Origin: Haliotis cracherodii
Lineage: Eukaryota
Assembly (NCBI RefSeq): GCF_022045235.1
Contig: NW_027266308.1
Span: forward strand, 53,382,001 to 53,446,000
Length of the DNA: 64,000 nucleotides
Direction: 5' to 3'
A program made the translations under genes and the position numbers. Numbering within the stretch: position 1 is the first letter of the stretch; each line of letters opens with the position of its first letter. The notes beneath the pieces were generated by a model. It was not told the origin of the DNA. It made no database searches and was given only the letters and a program-made list of their open reading frames with translations. Shown piece by piece: positions 1 to 11,740 of this stretch.

Positions 1-435
1 CGTAACAAAAGCATCGCCATCAAATAACCATTTCTGGTTTGTTATATGTTAGCCACTATAAAACATGGGTGTATACTTTATTTTGCCCGGCAGTTTCTCT
101 AAAATAGAATATGTCTCTTTTCCCATAACCCGTTAATCCGGACGATTTTAACGGAAACGGTAGCTTCCGGATTAACGGGAATTTATTTATGTGGATTATA
201 TAGTAGTGTGGGTTAATGTGTCTAGTCGGAAAGTGTTCGTCAATACTTAAACCATCGTCCGTGAATACATACGGCAGCTTTGCGGTGCAGTCTGTATTTT
301 AACCAACGAATCAAGCGAGTGCTTAGACCAATGCGCCCTCTGTTTACAGCGCATAAACGCAAATGTTTCTCACCTGACATCATGTCCAGCATGTTTTACA
401 TGCAATGGTGGGGTTCGTACAAAGTTCATGCAGGG

Positions 436-600
436 AGAGGCGCTGGGGTAGCCTAGTGGTTAAAGTGTTCGCCCGTCCCGCCGAGGTCCCTAGTTTAATT
501 CACCAAATGGATACAATTTGTGATAAACATTTCTGGTGTCCCCCGTCGTGATATTATTGGAATATTGCTTAAAGGGGCGTAAAACCATACTCACTCACAC
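436..600 (+). mobile_element. tRNA-derived SINE, family A (diverged copy)
   Basis: A-box TAGCCTAGTGG, body ttctggtgtcccc..gtgatatt..tggaatattgct, 3' tail catactcactcac; similar to 4317-4480. Confidence 0.8.
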
Positions 601-1019
601 ATTCATGCATGTAGTGTTCATTTGACTGCCGTTTCATTACCTGGATAAGATTAGGCACACTACCACTACACCGCAAATGGCCGTGTGGTTTTTCTGGTTG
701 TAATGGAGCATAGTGTATACAAGACCCTGAGGTATTGACGATGGTGCCTCCAGCACCTACAAGCGAAGTGATCAGTTTGATCAGGTTGTGACTTGGCTGA
801 CTGTGTGTCATCATACCCCGACGGCGTTGTAGGCTGCTCACAATGTCAATCACTGGTTCATCACGCCTTGTTTTACGTGACATATTGCTGATCGAGTTTA
901 TCTTGTATATGTTTTTTTCTAGTTCCATCGAAACTAATTGAATAACACTGAGTATCCGATAATATCCACTGCTCCCAGTGATCTTCTCATTGTAATACCA
1001 CCTTTTGCTTAAGGGTACC

Positions 1020-1160
1020 AGTATTGCGTGGATCGATGCTCATGATATCAATCGCTGGATTGTCTGGTCCAGACTCGATTAGTTACAGGCCGCCATCATA
1101 TAGCTGGAATATTGCTGAGTGTGGCGTAAAACATCAAACCAAACCAAACCAAAACCAAAC
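1020..1160 (+). mobile_element. SINE family C, 3' part
   Basis: ctggattgtctggtccagactcgatt...atagctggaatattgctgagtg.ggcgt.aaaca followed by an (AAACC)n tail; homologous to the minus-strand copy at 5184-5416. Confidence 0.7.
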
Positions 1161-1665
1161 CAGTCAGCTAGTAGATGTTGATTCAGGGTCCCTGACTCTT
1201 TACAACAAATTCCAGATGGCTTCTGTGGTCATGGACTTGAGTTTTGCACTCACGTGAACACAGCATTAGCGGTGGATATGAGCATTCCTTGCTTCTTAGA
1301 TTTTCTAATAAATACGTTAATGCTGACCCTTTCTTTGAAACATAAACTGCTGTAAAAGATGGTTTTTTATATATTTTATTTTTTATTGACTGAAACAAAG
1401 AGCTTATAAATGCTTACTCGTTTTAATGAGGTATTTACTTCCCGCAGTATGGTAACCTATTCATGAAAATATAAAAATTTGTTAAGGAGATTCCCCAGAA
1501 CCAAAAAATAATTTGTTGTTGCCTCAGTAATATTGTTCGCACGGGACCCTGGAAGGGTTAGGGTAGAACTTGACCTCTGGACATTGGGTCCATGGTTTCC
1601 AGAAATCTTGTGTTCCTTGACAGTTCCGTATGTTCAATCTGTTGGTTTCCACCGTTCTGTTGCAG

Positions 1666-1828
1666 AGTTTTGAGGCCGTCAAGGCCGAATACTCTGTGAA
1701 GGCCAAGTTCGCCTCCGACGAGTGCATGATGGGGCTGTACATACCTCTTTTGTTGCAAGAGTCCTACCAGTTCGATCCCCAGACCAGTAACATCGTTGTC
1801 GAAGATAACATTCAGGGAAACAAAATTG
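1666..1828 (+). CDS. Penultimate coding exon of a GDA1/CD39 family ectonucleoside triphosphate diphosphohydrolase (NTPDase/ENTPD-like); earlier exons were not identified (probably upstream of the window)
   Basis: Acceptor ttgcag|AGT, donor G|gtaagt (163 nt, phase 0 to 1). Translation SFEAVKAEYSVKAKFASDECMMGLYIPLLLQESYQFDPQTSNIVVEDNIQGNKI resembles the CD39 segment (YCF..TYIL.LL..GY.F....I.F...I.G) that precedes apyrase conserved region 5. Confidence 0.8.
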
Positions 1829-2429
1829 GTAAGTCATGTTTGATTCTTGTTACAATTTCCATTTCTGTTTACAAAGTAAAAAGCGACTAAAACATAAAAG
1901 CTAAAAGTAGAGTCCACTGTGTGATTCTGACTATGTCATAGGCAAGTGTTCAGGAATCACTGACAAATAGTGATGATACAACGCGTTGGCGAAAAAGAGA
2001 GTGATATCAGCAATGTCACGACGAGGGACACCGGGAATGGCTTCACACAGGGAATCCAAACCGGGCATCTGGCGTAACGAACGAACCAGTGCTTAAGAGA
2101 GAGAGGGCTTGGGTTGAAAATTATAACGTACTGCATCATTATGACTAATATTATCCTTGTGTGTTGCCACATTAACTTTCCCTTCGCCATGACCCTGTTA
2201 CTTCATCTCAGTTAGGACGGAGGCATAGTCTGGTAGTTGATGCGTTTGTTTGTCTCGCCGAGGACCCGGGTTCGATTCCCCTGACGGGTGCAATATGTAA
2301 AGTACATTCTTGTTTCTGGAATATGGCTAAAAGCCCCGTAAAGCTATGATCACTCACCCAATTATTACATCGACGGAACGTGAGTTCGCCGTGTTGTGTA
2401 CGCTGTCGTGTAACTGCCACGAGCTAAAA

Positions 2430-3165
2430 CTGCGTGTTGTGTACAACATGGTAGATGTTTCAGACTGGTATTTTGCACTGTATTGTGTGCAGCATTATCG
2501 TGCAACTACCCCTACAAACGAAACTGTGTATTTACCAAGTGACTGGTGTTTCAGACTGGTATTTAACACTGTAATATTCACAGCATTATCGTGTAACTAC
2601 CACAACATGAAACTGTGTATTTACCAGGTGACTGGTGTTTCAGACTGTTATTTAACACTGTAATATTCACAGCATTATCATGAAACTACCACAACATGAA
2701 ACTGTGTATTTACCAGGTGACTGGTGTTTCAGACTGTTATTTTACACTGTAATATTCACAGCATTATCATGAAACTACCACAACATGAAACTGTGTATTT
2801 ACCAGGTGACTGGTGTTTCAGACTGGTATTTAACACTGTAATATTCACAGCATTATCGTGTAAATACCACAACATGAAACTGTGTATTTACCAGGTGACT
2901 GGTGTTTCAGACTGTTATTTTACACTGTAATATTCACAGCATTAGCGTGTAACTATCACAACATGAAACTGTGTATTTACCAGGTGACTGGTGTTTCAGA
3001 CCGTTATTTTTCACTGTAATATTCACAGCATTATCGTGTAAATACCACAACATGCATTTACCAAGTGATAGATGTTTCAAACTGGTGTTGTGCAATGTAG
3101 TGTGTATATTATCGTGTAAGTATCACTGATGTAACTGTGTGACTGTGATTGCTGTTTCAGACTGG
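2430..3165 (+). repeat. 89-bp intronic minisatellite, about 8 units (outer units degenerate)
   Basis: aaactgtgtatttacc recurs at 2521, 2610, 2699, 2788, 2877, 2966 (period 89). Confidence 0.92.
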
Positions 3166-3375
3166 ACAATGGGGGCCATGTTGTACGAGGTGAACATGCT
3201 GTTCCAGTCGTGGAGGTTGCTGCCACACACGCCCGTATCGTGTCAACCAGTCAGTTTCACGGCTGTCCCGGCTGCCCCTGCCGAGGTCCGACCAAGTAGT
3301 GCCCTTTCTCTCTGTCCCGCCTTACAAACTGTGCTTGTCTGTGTACTCTTGGTTATAATGGAAACAAGGCATTGA
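3161..3375 (+). CDS. Terminal coding exon of the NTPDase/ENTPD-like gene (ACR5 plus hydrophobic C-terminus)
   Basis: Acceptor gtttcag|AC joins the phase-1 G to give D-WTMGAMLYE (ACR5 consensus W(T/A)LG.ML), then a Pro/Ala spacer, hydrophobic tail ALQTVLVCVLLVI and a TGA stop. Confidence 0.8.
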
Positions 3376-4316
3376 TTGGTGCTTCGTTGTGTGTGTCAGT
3401 GTCATCATATACCCATCGTCGCCTGTGACAGACCCAGTGACACTTAATACTTGATGATGATAATAATGATAGTAATGATAATAGTTATCAGGTATTGCTG
3501 AAGCTGTGTCATACATGTTTATGTCAGTAACAATAATTTGTAACACCTTCACTATTGCAGCCACGAGTCTAGAGAGAATGGGTAAGTGAGTTGGAGTTTA
3601 ATGCCGCATTACAGTATATAAGTTATCACACGGCGTGCCCGCTGAATGTTGGAAGAACAAACTGAGAAGTGATGGTCGTAGGCGTTCTCCAGCGGTGAAA
3701 CCCACAAACATGGCTCGTAAATAACCAAGGAGAAGCAGCGGTAGGCCTTATGGCGCTTTACCGGACTTCACAGAATAGCCAACTCTAGTCTAAATGTCCC
3801 CCAATATAATGTATTTAATCCGAGGTTCATTATTTAATTTGTGCTTTACCACTGCTTGGGGAAGAGGCTTCGTAATAACCACGTTTCGCTTCTTCTTTTC
3901 AAACTGAGAATAACGACACACATTTTGTCCAGTGCAGTGGTGTAATATAGTCAAGAGGCTGGAGAAGTCTACAATGAAAGATACATGTGTCATTCATCCC
4001 TGGCTCTGGGGAGGAGATATCGTCTGTCAGGTGAATGTCTTGTGCATCTTTGAATTTTATGTTCATTATCAATCAAATGTATGTTCAATTTTCTCCAAAT
4101 ACTTACAAACTCTCCTACTATAATGTGATACAGTTCAGTCACCTTGATCATGGATTACCACGCCGAATGTTGTTGTTATCATGATACTGAGACCTATTCC
4201 AATATATCGTATACACCTGTCTATGTAAAGTGTCCCATGTGTTTGCCAAATTTGTATAATAAACATTTGATACGTCCTTTCACTACACGATGACTTTATA
4301 TTTTCTTTTTGGATAC

Positions 4317-4480
4317 GGGGGCGGTCGGGTAGCCTAGTGGTTAAAGCGTTCGCTCGTCACGCTGACGACCCGGGTTCGATTCCCGATATGGGTACAATGT
4401 GTGAAGCCCATTTCTGGTGTCCCCCGCCGTGATATTGCTGGAATATTGCTAAAAGCGGCGTAAAACCATACTCACTCACT
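4317..4480 (+). mobile_element. tRNA-derived SINE, family A, full length
   Basis: Pol III A box TAGCCTAGTGG, B box GGTTCGATTCC, (CACT)n tail, flanked by near-identical tctttt(t/g)ggatac TSD. Confidence 0.9.
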
Positions 4481-4693
4481 CTTTTGGGATACACGATAAT
4501 GTAGTTAAACGAATCACAACTTTTATATATTAATATTCAACGAATACATATTAATGTTTAAGTCAGTAGGCAAGATATAAATAAATACATTTCCAGCAAA
4601 TACACAACGCTACCACAACGTTGTGGGTATGTTACACTGTAACGTAACGTTCGGTATTGTTGTGACAACGTTGCATTACAACCCCAAGTTTCA

Positions 4694-4968
4694 GGGGGCA
4701 CGGGTGGCCCACCGTCTAAGGCGCCGCGATTCGCTGTGCAGGGTTGGTTCCTTGGGCATGCCAGAAACCGATGATTGTGGGGTCGAATTCCGTTTCGCCC
4801 CGATTATGTTTCTAGGTTTTTCAGCACCATACCCGTGCTCGTGGGTTTCACCGAAGTAGTAAATGTCTGAGACCTGCATCACTTCGGGCTTTCCTCCCAC
4901 ATTAAGCTGACACGCCGCGATATGACTGTAATACTGTTAAAAGCGGCGTTAAACCCAACTCACTCACC
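4694..4968 (+). mobile_element. SINE family B
   Basis: GC-rich head ggggcacgggtggccc, tail aaaagcggcgttaaacccaactcactcac; reverse-complement copy at ~21040-21285. Confidence 0.75.
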
Positions 4969-5183
4969 CAAGTATCATTTATGGTTATTATTATTTTCAT
5001 AAATATAATTATTCACAATTTTAATGCAGTCCTAGATATGAAGAAGTACTTTTAAACCTAATATATTTATTTAAATTGTATAAGAAAACAATACCGATAT
5101 TCGAAAACAGGGGCCAACAACAGCTCTGTCTCTTGACTGCAATTTCCAAAGTACAGATAGACCGCTCAGAGTTGTTGTTGTTA

Positions 5184-5416
5184 GTTGTTGTTTAACGCTG
5201 CACTCAGCAATATTCTATAATCGAGTCTTGAACAGACAATCCAGTGATTAATATCATGAGCATCGATCCACGCAACTGGGATACGATGACATGCATCAAC
5301 CAGGTCAGCGAGCCTGACCACCCGATCCCGTTAGTTGCCTCTTACGACAAGCATAGTCGCCTTTTACGGCATGCGTGGGTTGCTGAAGACCTATTCTACC
5401 CCGGATCTTCACAGGT
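5184..5416 (-). mobile_element. SINE family C
   Basis: Same family as 1020-1160, 6210-6335 (internally deleted) and 14858-15046; flanked by the direct repeat gaccgctcaga (TSD-like) near 5160 and 5418. Confidence 0.75.
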
Positions 5417-6643
5417 CGACCGCTCAGAGAACCACACCACTAACACAACAGTATTTAAATGGAAATTAGCACGCACTTCATGTTAATATCAGCCCTGTCA
5501 AGAAGCGATGAGAATCTATGACAGCCATGCCAGTCATGAATAAAGGTGTATAATAATGCAATGTTGCAGGAAAGTATTTTGGAAATGTTACATCATAACG
5601 TTGCCACAGCAAAAACGAAACGTTGTACCAACGTCTTTGTGTATGCTGGGTGAGTCATTTAGATGATCGACAAACAAGCATACACACCCCGGAACTAATG
5701 TCGGCGTTCCTTTTATTCTACCTCTGGTATAAAACTGTTACTGTCTGTTATGTGTCAAGGAGTTAAGATACATTTTTCATCAAAGTATTACGCATGCTTC
5801 ATCTTACATAGTTGAATGTTTAATGGTTTGATATTACGTCAATAAGCTTCAAGAAAGTGTTACAGCAACGAAAACAAAGCTATACACGCGAGGCCGCACC
5901 AAACGACCAAAGAGCTCGATGTTACACAAGTTCTGTACGTTACACAACTCATAGAGCTAAAATCACTTAATGGATCTCCAATACAGTCATTTAAACATGG
6001 CCTATCTGCAGTCGGAGCGCTAAGATCTATTGGTAGAGTTCTTTTTTTTAAACAGAGACTTACAACAGTTGGTGCAATTATTGGCAATCATTATCAGTTC
6101 TACACATGTTCCTGACAGCCCCCTACAGTAATGTACATATGCATCACGTTTCAACTGATCCCAACTGACACGATAGAGAATCAATGCACGTGGTTTTGAT
6201 AGCCTATATTGTTTATTTGCTTTTTGCTTAACGCTGCGCTCAGCAATATTCCAGCTATATGTCGTCTTTCACGACAAGCATAGTCGCCTTTCACGGCAAG
6301 CATGGGTTGCTGAAGACCTATTCTACCCCGGGTCTGATAGCCTATATTACCTATATATAATGTACCTGTTCTCATTACATAAATACGCATTGATTGAATA
6401 ACGATTCAAAATAATATTTTAAAAATCTACAATCTATCAGTTTTACTTTTTTTATTGAATTTTATTTTCAATCAATTCAATCCAAGGTATACACTGCATT
6501 GTATATACAGTGGATGGGAACGCCAGTTAAAGTTCATAGTCACCACTGTCCCAGCTAAAGCACGGTGGGATGTACCAGACGAACCAGTGACTGAACGCAT
6601 GATTAGTGATAAAATTACACACTGGGCCCCTTTTATTCCCCGA

Positions 6644-6807
6644 GGGGCGGTCGGGAAGCCTAGTGGTTAAAGCGTTGGCTCGTCACGCCGAGGAACCGGG
6701 TTCGATTCCCGACATGGTTACAATGTGTGAAGCCCATTTCTGGTGTCACCCGCCGTGATATTGCTGGAATATTGCTAAAAGCGGCGTAAAACCATACTCA
6801 CTCACTC
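6644..6807 (+). mobile_element. tRNA-derived SINE, family A
   Basis: Near-identical to 4317-4480, with A/B boxes and (CACT)n tail. Confidence 0.9.
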
Positions 6808-7492
6808 CACGGCACGGTCAACTTCTATGAATATGATACAATAAGCGTAGATAGCACATAGCGATTAGCCAAGTATCGGGAAAGCAGTGATTGTCCATCT
6901 ACCAACACACCATCTCGCCGGCTGTAGGTTGCATCAGAGCGATGCCCTGTTCCCCGTCACCGCATTGAGTGAGCTGTACTATGTTTCCGTCTAGTGGAGA
7001 CCCTGGGGAACACGGCTGGTATTTCACGTCTAAATAATACCATTAATCGTATTAAATGTAATTCGGTTTTGAGGACTGGTGGTAATGAAAATCAGATTGC
7101 CTGAATGAGATTCAATCTGGTATCGAAGCACTCCAGTCAACACAACAGTCAGTATATAGCATTTAACAGGGGAAAGTGTTCTATGATTCAAATAAAGAAA
7201 ACCAAATTACTGAAATTTAGATATAGATTTGCTTAATTCCATTTATTTAATGTAGTATTAGTGAGTGCAATATTTCACAGAGGTAATCTGCAACAGATCA
7301 GATTTGGGTGTATAAGTGGTTATGTTGGACAAAGTGAATAAATGGAGATTATCGCGATTGCGTGTTGTACCCTGTACCATACTCTCTATGGTGAAGACGT
7401 TATTGCGGCCTTGCCCCGTAAAACAGCTTTCTCACAGTGTCACATGTTTTAGTTTACTGTTTGATGTTACAATCGACTGTACAACTATATGA

Positions 7493-7654
7493 GTGAGTGA
7501 GTATGGTTTTACGCCGCTTTTAGCACGATTCCAGCAATATCACGGCGGGGGACACCAGAAATGGGCTTCACACATTGTACCCGTGTCGGGAATCGAACTC
7601 GGGTCGTCAGCGTGACGAGCGAACGCTTTAACCACTAGGCTACCCGACCGCCCC
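7493..7654 (-). mobile_element. tRNA-derived SINE, family A, with 13-bp TSD
   Basis: Reverse complement of family A; TSD tacaactatatga at 7480-7492 and 7655-7667. Confidence 0.92.
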
Positions 7655-8084
7655 TACAACTATATGACGTATAATCATAAATTAAGTAGATATTAGAACA
7701 TGCGTTATTAATCGATAGTTTATTCATACAAACAAACATTTCTTATGATTAGTCACGATTAGTCACGATACGTAAATATAAATAATTCTATAACTCAAAC
7801 TTAACAAAAAAGGCCTTTATTGTGTAGAACAAGAAAAAAACCTAACAGTTATCGATCTTCGTCTCGTTGACATTTAGAGAGTTTTAAATTGAGAATAACG
7901 ATTGTATGGACGCCAGGGTCGGATGACTTGAATGTGGGGAACATTTCGACGCTCTGGCGTCAATGGATAATACGTTGTAAAGGGGAGATTACTTTTCTAA
8001 TACGAACTCCCACAGGTGAATGTCGATTGGTTATAATACTCTGCTAAATTTGGCGTTGAAATACGTCATGAGATATCCGTGTTG

Positions 8085-8600
8085 TGAATAAACCGACAAA
8101 ACCCTTTCCATATCCAATAGATATCTCGATTGTACAAATCCGACTATATCATGAGCATGTGTTTACGAATCACTATCAAATAGTAATGATACCATGTGTT
8201 CGCGAAAATGTGAGCATACCCTGCCCCACCGGTGGCCCCCGTCACAAACACGTTCAAAGGCAAGTCATTTGTATACCTGAAAAAAAACCTCGGGAACATA
8301 TGGTACAAAATAGGAAATTGCATTGGACATTGTTTTCGTCACTGATGCATTAATTTTGAAAAAGTCCTCCACATGTCTAATATAAAACGTTTTGAAAGCT
8401 TTACTGGGGCTTTGAATGTTGTAACCTTAATCAAACAACTTCTGAGCAAGAGCCGTGTGAAATCTTGAAATCTTGGTAGAAAGAGCATGCTCGATTGTAT
8501 CTCAAAAGTTGCAAAATGTAAACACCAAGGGCTGGAGCTTCTGGAATATTGCTCGACATGAAGGGAAAGTTGAAGTCATCCCTCTTGTCTAAAGCATTCT
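8085..8600 (-). mobile_element. Penelope-like retroelement remnant (RT C-terminus plus 3' region), degenerate
   Basis: Translation LDKRDDFNFPFMSSNIPEAPALGVYILQLLRYNRACS is typical of the C-terminal part of invertebrate Penelope-like RTs; the downstream DNA is the reverse complement of 9280-9590. Confidence 0.7.
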
Positions 8601-8854
8601 GTGTGAATACCAGACACTTCGTCAGTGAGTGCGTTGTAGACGATGTGGTGTCTGGGTATATGGAGGACGCAAGGGGGTTGTCGACGGAGTCGTGGTCCGT
8701 CACTGAAGATACTATAAAGTCGCTATTTAAATAAATATTCTATTGAGAGAGAACAGCCCTTTAGGGCGGAAGTACTTTCAGTCCGCCTCAATGCCGCTAT
8801 TGTTTTCAGATAAATGGCAGTGAGTACATATAAAACATATAAAAACACTTTAAG

Positions 8855-9600
8855 CATGGTTTTCCCATGGGCACCACTTGCACTCCCGTTCCTGCTGATC
8901 TGTTTCTTTATGCATATTAATCAGAATTTCTGCTCAGAAAGTCAAAACAAGGTAATTTGGCCAAGAAGTTAAACTTCAGTTTCAGGTGTATCGATGATCT
9001 GATATCGTTGAATGACCACCAAAAAGCCAATTCCCGTCCACTGATTTACCCACCTGAACAAGAAATGAAGGAGGCCCGTGTAACCGCCTCATCTGTTTCA
9101 TACTTAGATCTATGTATAAGGATCCAGAGTGACAACACACTCTCCACAAGACTGTATGACACGAGGGGTGAGTTCAACTTTCCAATAGTCAACTGTCCCT
9201 TCATGTCGAACAATATTCCTGCAGCTCCAACCTTTGAGCTACAACCGGGCATGCTCTTTCAACCAAAATATCGAAGAGCGTCATACAACTCTTGCTCAGA
9301 AATTGTTTGATCAAGGTTACAACATTCAAGGCCCCGGTAAAGCTTTCAAAACGTTTTATGGTAGACATGTTTCCAAATCTGAAGCATCAGTGACATAAAA
9401 CAATGTCCGATGCAATTCCCTATTTTGACGTTTGTACAATATGTTCCCGAGTTTTTCAGGTAAACAATTGACTGACTTTGCATGAGTTTGTGACAAGTGG
9501 CACCGGTGGGGCAGTATACACTCACCATTTCGCGAACGCCTGGTATCATCACTATTTGACAGTGATCATGATATCATTGGAATCGTAAAATGGGCATTTC
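8855..9600 (+). mobile_element. Penelope-like retroelement remnant (RT core motifs to C-terminus), pseudogenised
   Basis: GFPMGTTCTP..ADLFLY (GxPMG motif), FRCIDDL (YIDD-like), SYLDL, LYDTRGEFNFPIVNCPFMSNNIP; contains an in-frame stop and a deletion. Confidence 0.75.
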
Positions 9601-11740
9601 TTATGAATATGACATTTGCCCTGGGTTGACAACTGAGAACGGTCACGTGACTGTGCCGTCACACGGATATAAAATTGTTTTCTCGTCCAAGCCTTGTGAC
9701 CATCTTAGGACTGACACTTGGAGCGACATTTTTGGAACCAAATCTGTTGAAGGGAAACAAACATAAACATGCCCATTTGAACCTTTTTTATATTTAAAGA
9801 AAGAGACAGCACGTCAAGTTGTGTATATTTTATCAAATGATAGTTTGCATGACAACACAATATTTTTGGGACATGTTCTCGACAATATATGTGAAATTAT
9901 ATTGCCTGTATTTATCTGTAGAACTGGTGTTTCTAATCAAATAAAGCGACAAAACCCTTTCCATATCCTATAGAAATCCGACTATATCGTGAGCATGTGT
10001 TTATGAATCACTATCAAATAGTAATGATATCAGGTGTTCGCGAAAAGGTAGGTGTATCCTGCCCCACCGGTGTCACCCGTCATAAACACACGCAAAGTCA
10101 AGTCAATTGTTCACCTGAAACAAACGGTCTTTTTATGCTTTGATGTTTCTGGTTTCCGTGCCTCCATGTTGCTGAGTCCATAGATCCACATCTCGCCTAA
10201 AGTAACAATTTTGTATTTACTTATAAGGTTTACAGGTGTGCATGCGAATGGGTTTGACACCTGTTCACCACTATTTTGTCATTTACGACAAATGGAGCTG
10301 TTTGGGAGATAATTGAGACTGATATTCTCTGGCGTTGACCTTTCATATTTCATCTTCTAGTGACTATATTTAGACTTGTGACCTATAACTTGCACCTCAA
10401 ATGATGATAGCGATTACAAGAAATTACAAACTGATATTCATCTCCAGCTTGAAAATGGTTACAAGCCAAACACAATCATTCAGATTTATAAAGACTGCCC
10501 ACTTGCCCACTCAAAATATTTGTGAACATGTCCCTGGAAATGGAATAAAATCTTTCTTTTTTTAAAAAAGACTGCTTTTACTGATGTTAAATTTCACACA
10601 TTTACTATACATTCCGAGACACTATATTTTCTCCTACTATTTCATGTTTCCAACCGTCAAGTTGTAAAGTCGATGACCGATGACACGTGACGTGTATTCA
10701 GGACCCTGCATACAGAACCCAGCTCAACGTGTTTTTCAAACTTTATTACGATTCTGTAAACATGCTTCACATAAAATTCCTATTAAAATATAACCTCATA
10801 TAATACATATCCCACCTTAAAATTGTGTTCCAAGCATGATATCAATTACACCACGACTGGAATACGTGTATAATGATACAACATTGAACAGTATCTGGTG
10901 TTATGATGCTGATAAAATTATACCTTTTATAAATTTAATTGATAATTGATTATAAGAGTAGACATAGAATCCTGGGGTTTCTAGATAAGCCAATAAACCA
11001 GGCGCCTTAATGTGAAAACAGCCCAACCCGCAATAAAGCAGCAATAAAACCAGATACACCAAGATACAGGAGGAGCTACCGCCGAGCCAGACGTGGAGAT
11101 GCAAGCCTAACATACTTCCCTGAAGAGCAAAGTAAGTGTGTATTTGGTTGTGTGGCTACTCTGTGCCGTGTCGAGCCTCACACATCTTATAGTAAAGATG
11201 AGGAGTAAGAGGTTATTGTGATTTCTACATGATGGCAGATGAGGACCAGGGAGGAATTGGTGTTACTCTAAAACCTGAAGACATGTCCATTCCAAAGATC
11301 AAACTAAATCTGTAGAGAGAGATACATCCCTGTCTATTCTATTCTCTGCTGGGACGTATGGGAGCTGCCATATATAAGGAATATTGCAGGATTCATGTGT
11401 AAATTTATACTTGGGCTAAAATCGGATAATGTGCAACACTGGCATCAAGTTCCAAATCAACCCTTTATGATGCTTTTAATATTATTTTTAGATTAGAATG
11501 GTCTTTAAAAGTAAGAATTATATTTATGTGTAAGTGTAAGAACTAAAATCTGAATGATTGAGTTGGGCTAGTCACCGGGGTCAAGCAGGACATGAATATC
11601 AGTTTGTAATAATTTGTAGTCGCTGTCATCCTTGAGATGCAGGTTATACCACATACACTTTATGTGTGCAGTACATTAATAATTTGATGGTTTCAACTGA
11701 TACATCCACTATTCGAAACGTTGCTATCGTTACTTATAAA

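Larger units (their letters stand above)
4592..5651. mobile_element. Probable MITE / non-autonomous DNA element with SINEs inserted inside it
   Basis: Left end tccagcaaatacacaacg..acaacgttg and right end caacgtctttgtgtatgctggg form imperfect inverted termini with repeated AACGTT subterminal motifs. Confidence 0.5.

Noticed and set aside
4317-4390. tRNA gene
   Set aside because: A/B boxes are followed by a non-tRNA body, (CACT)n tail and TSD in several dispersed copies, so this is a SINE head.
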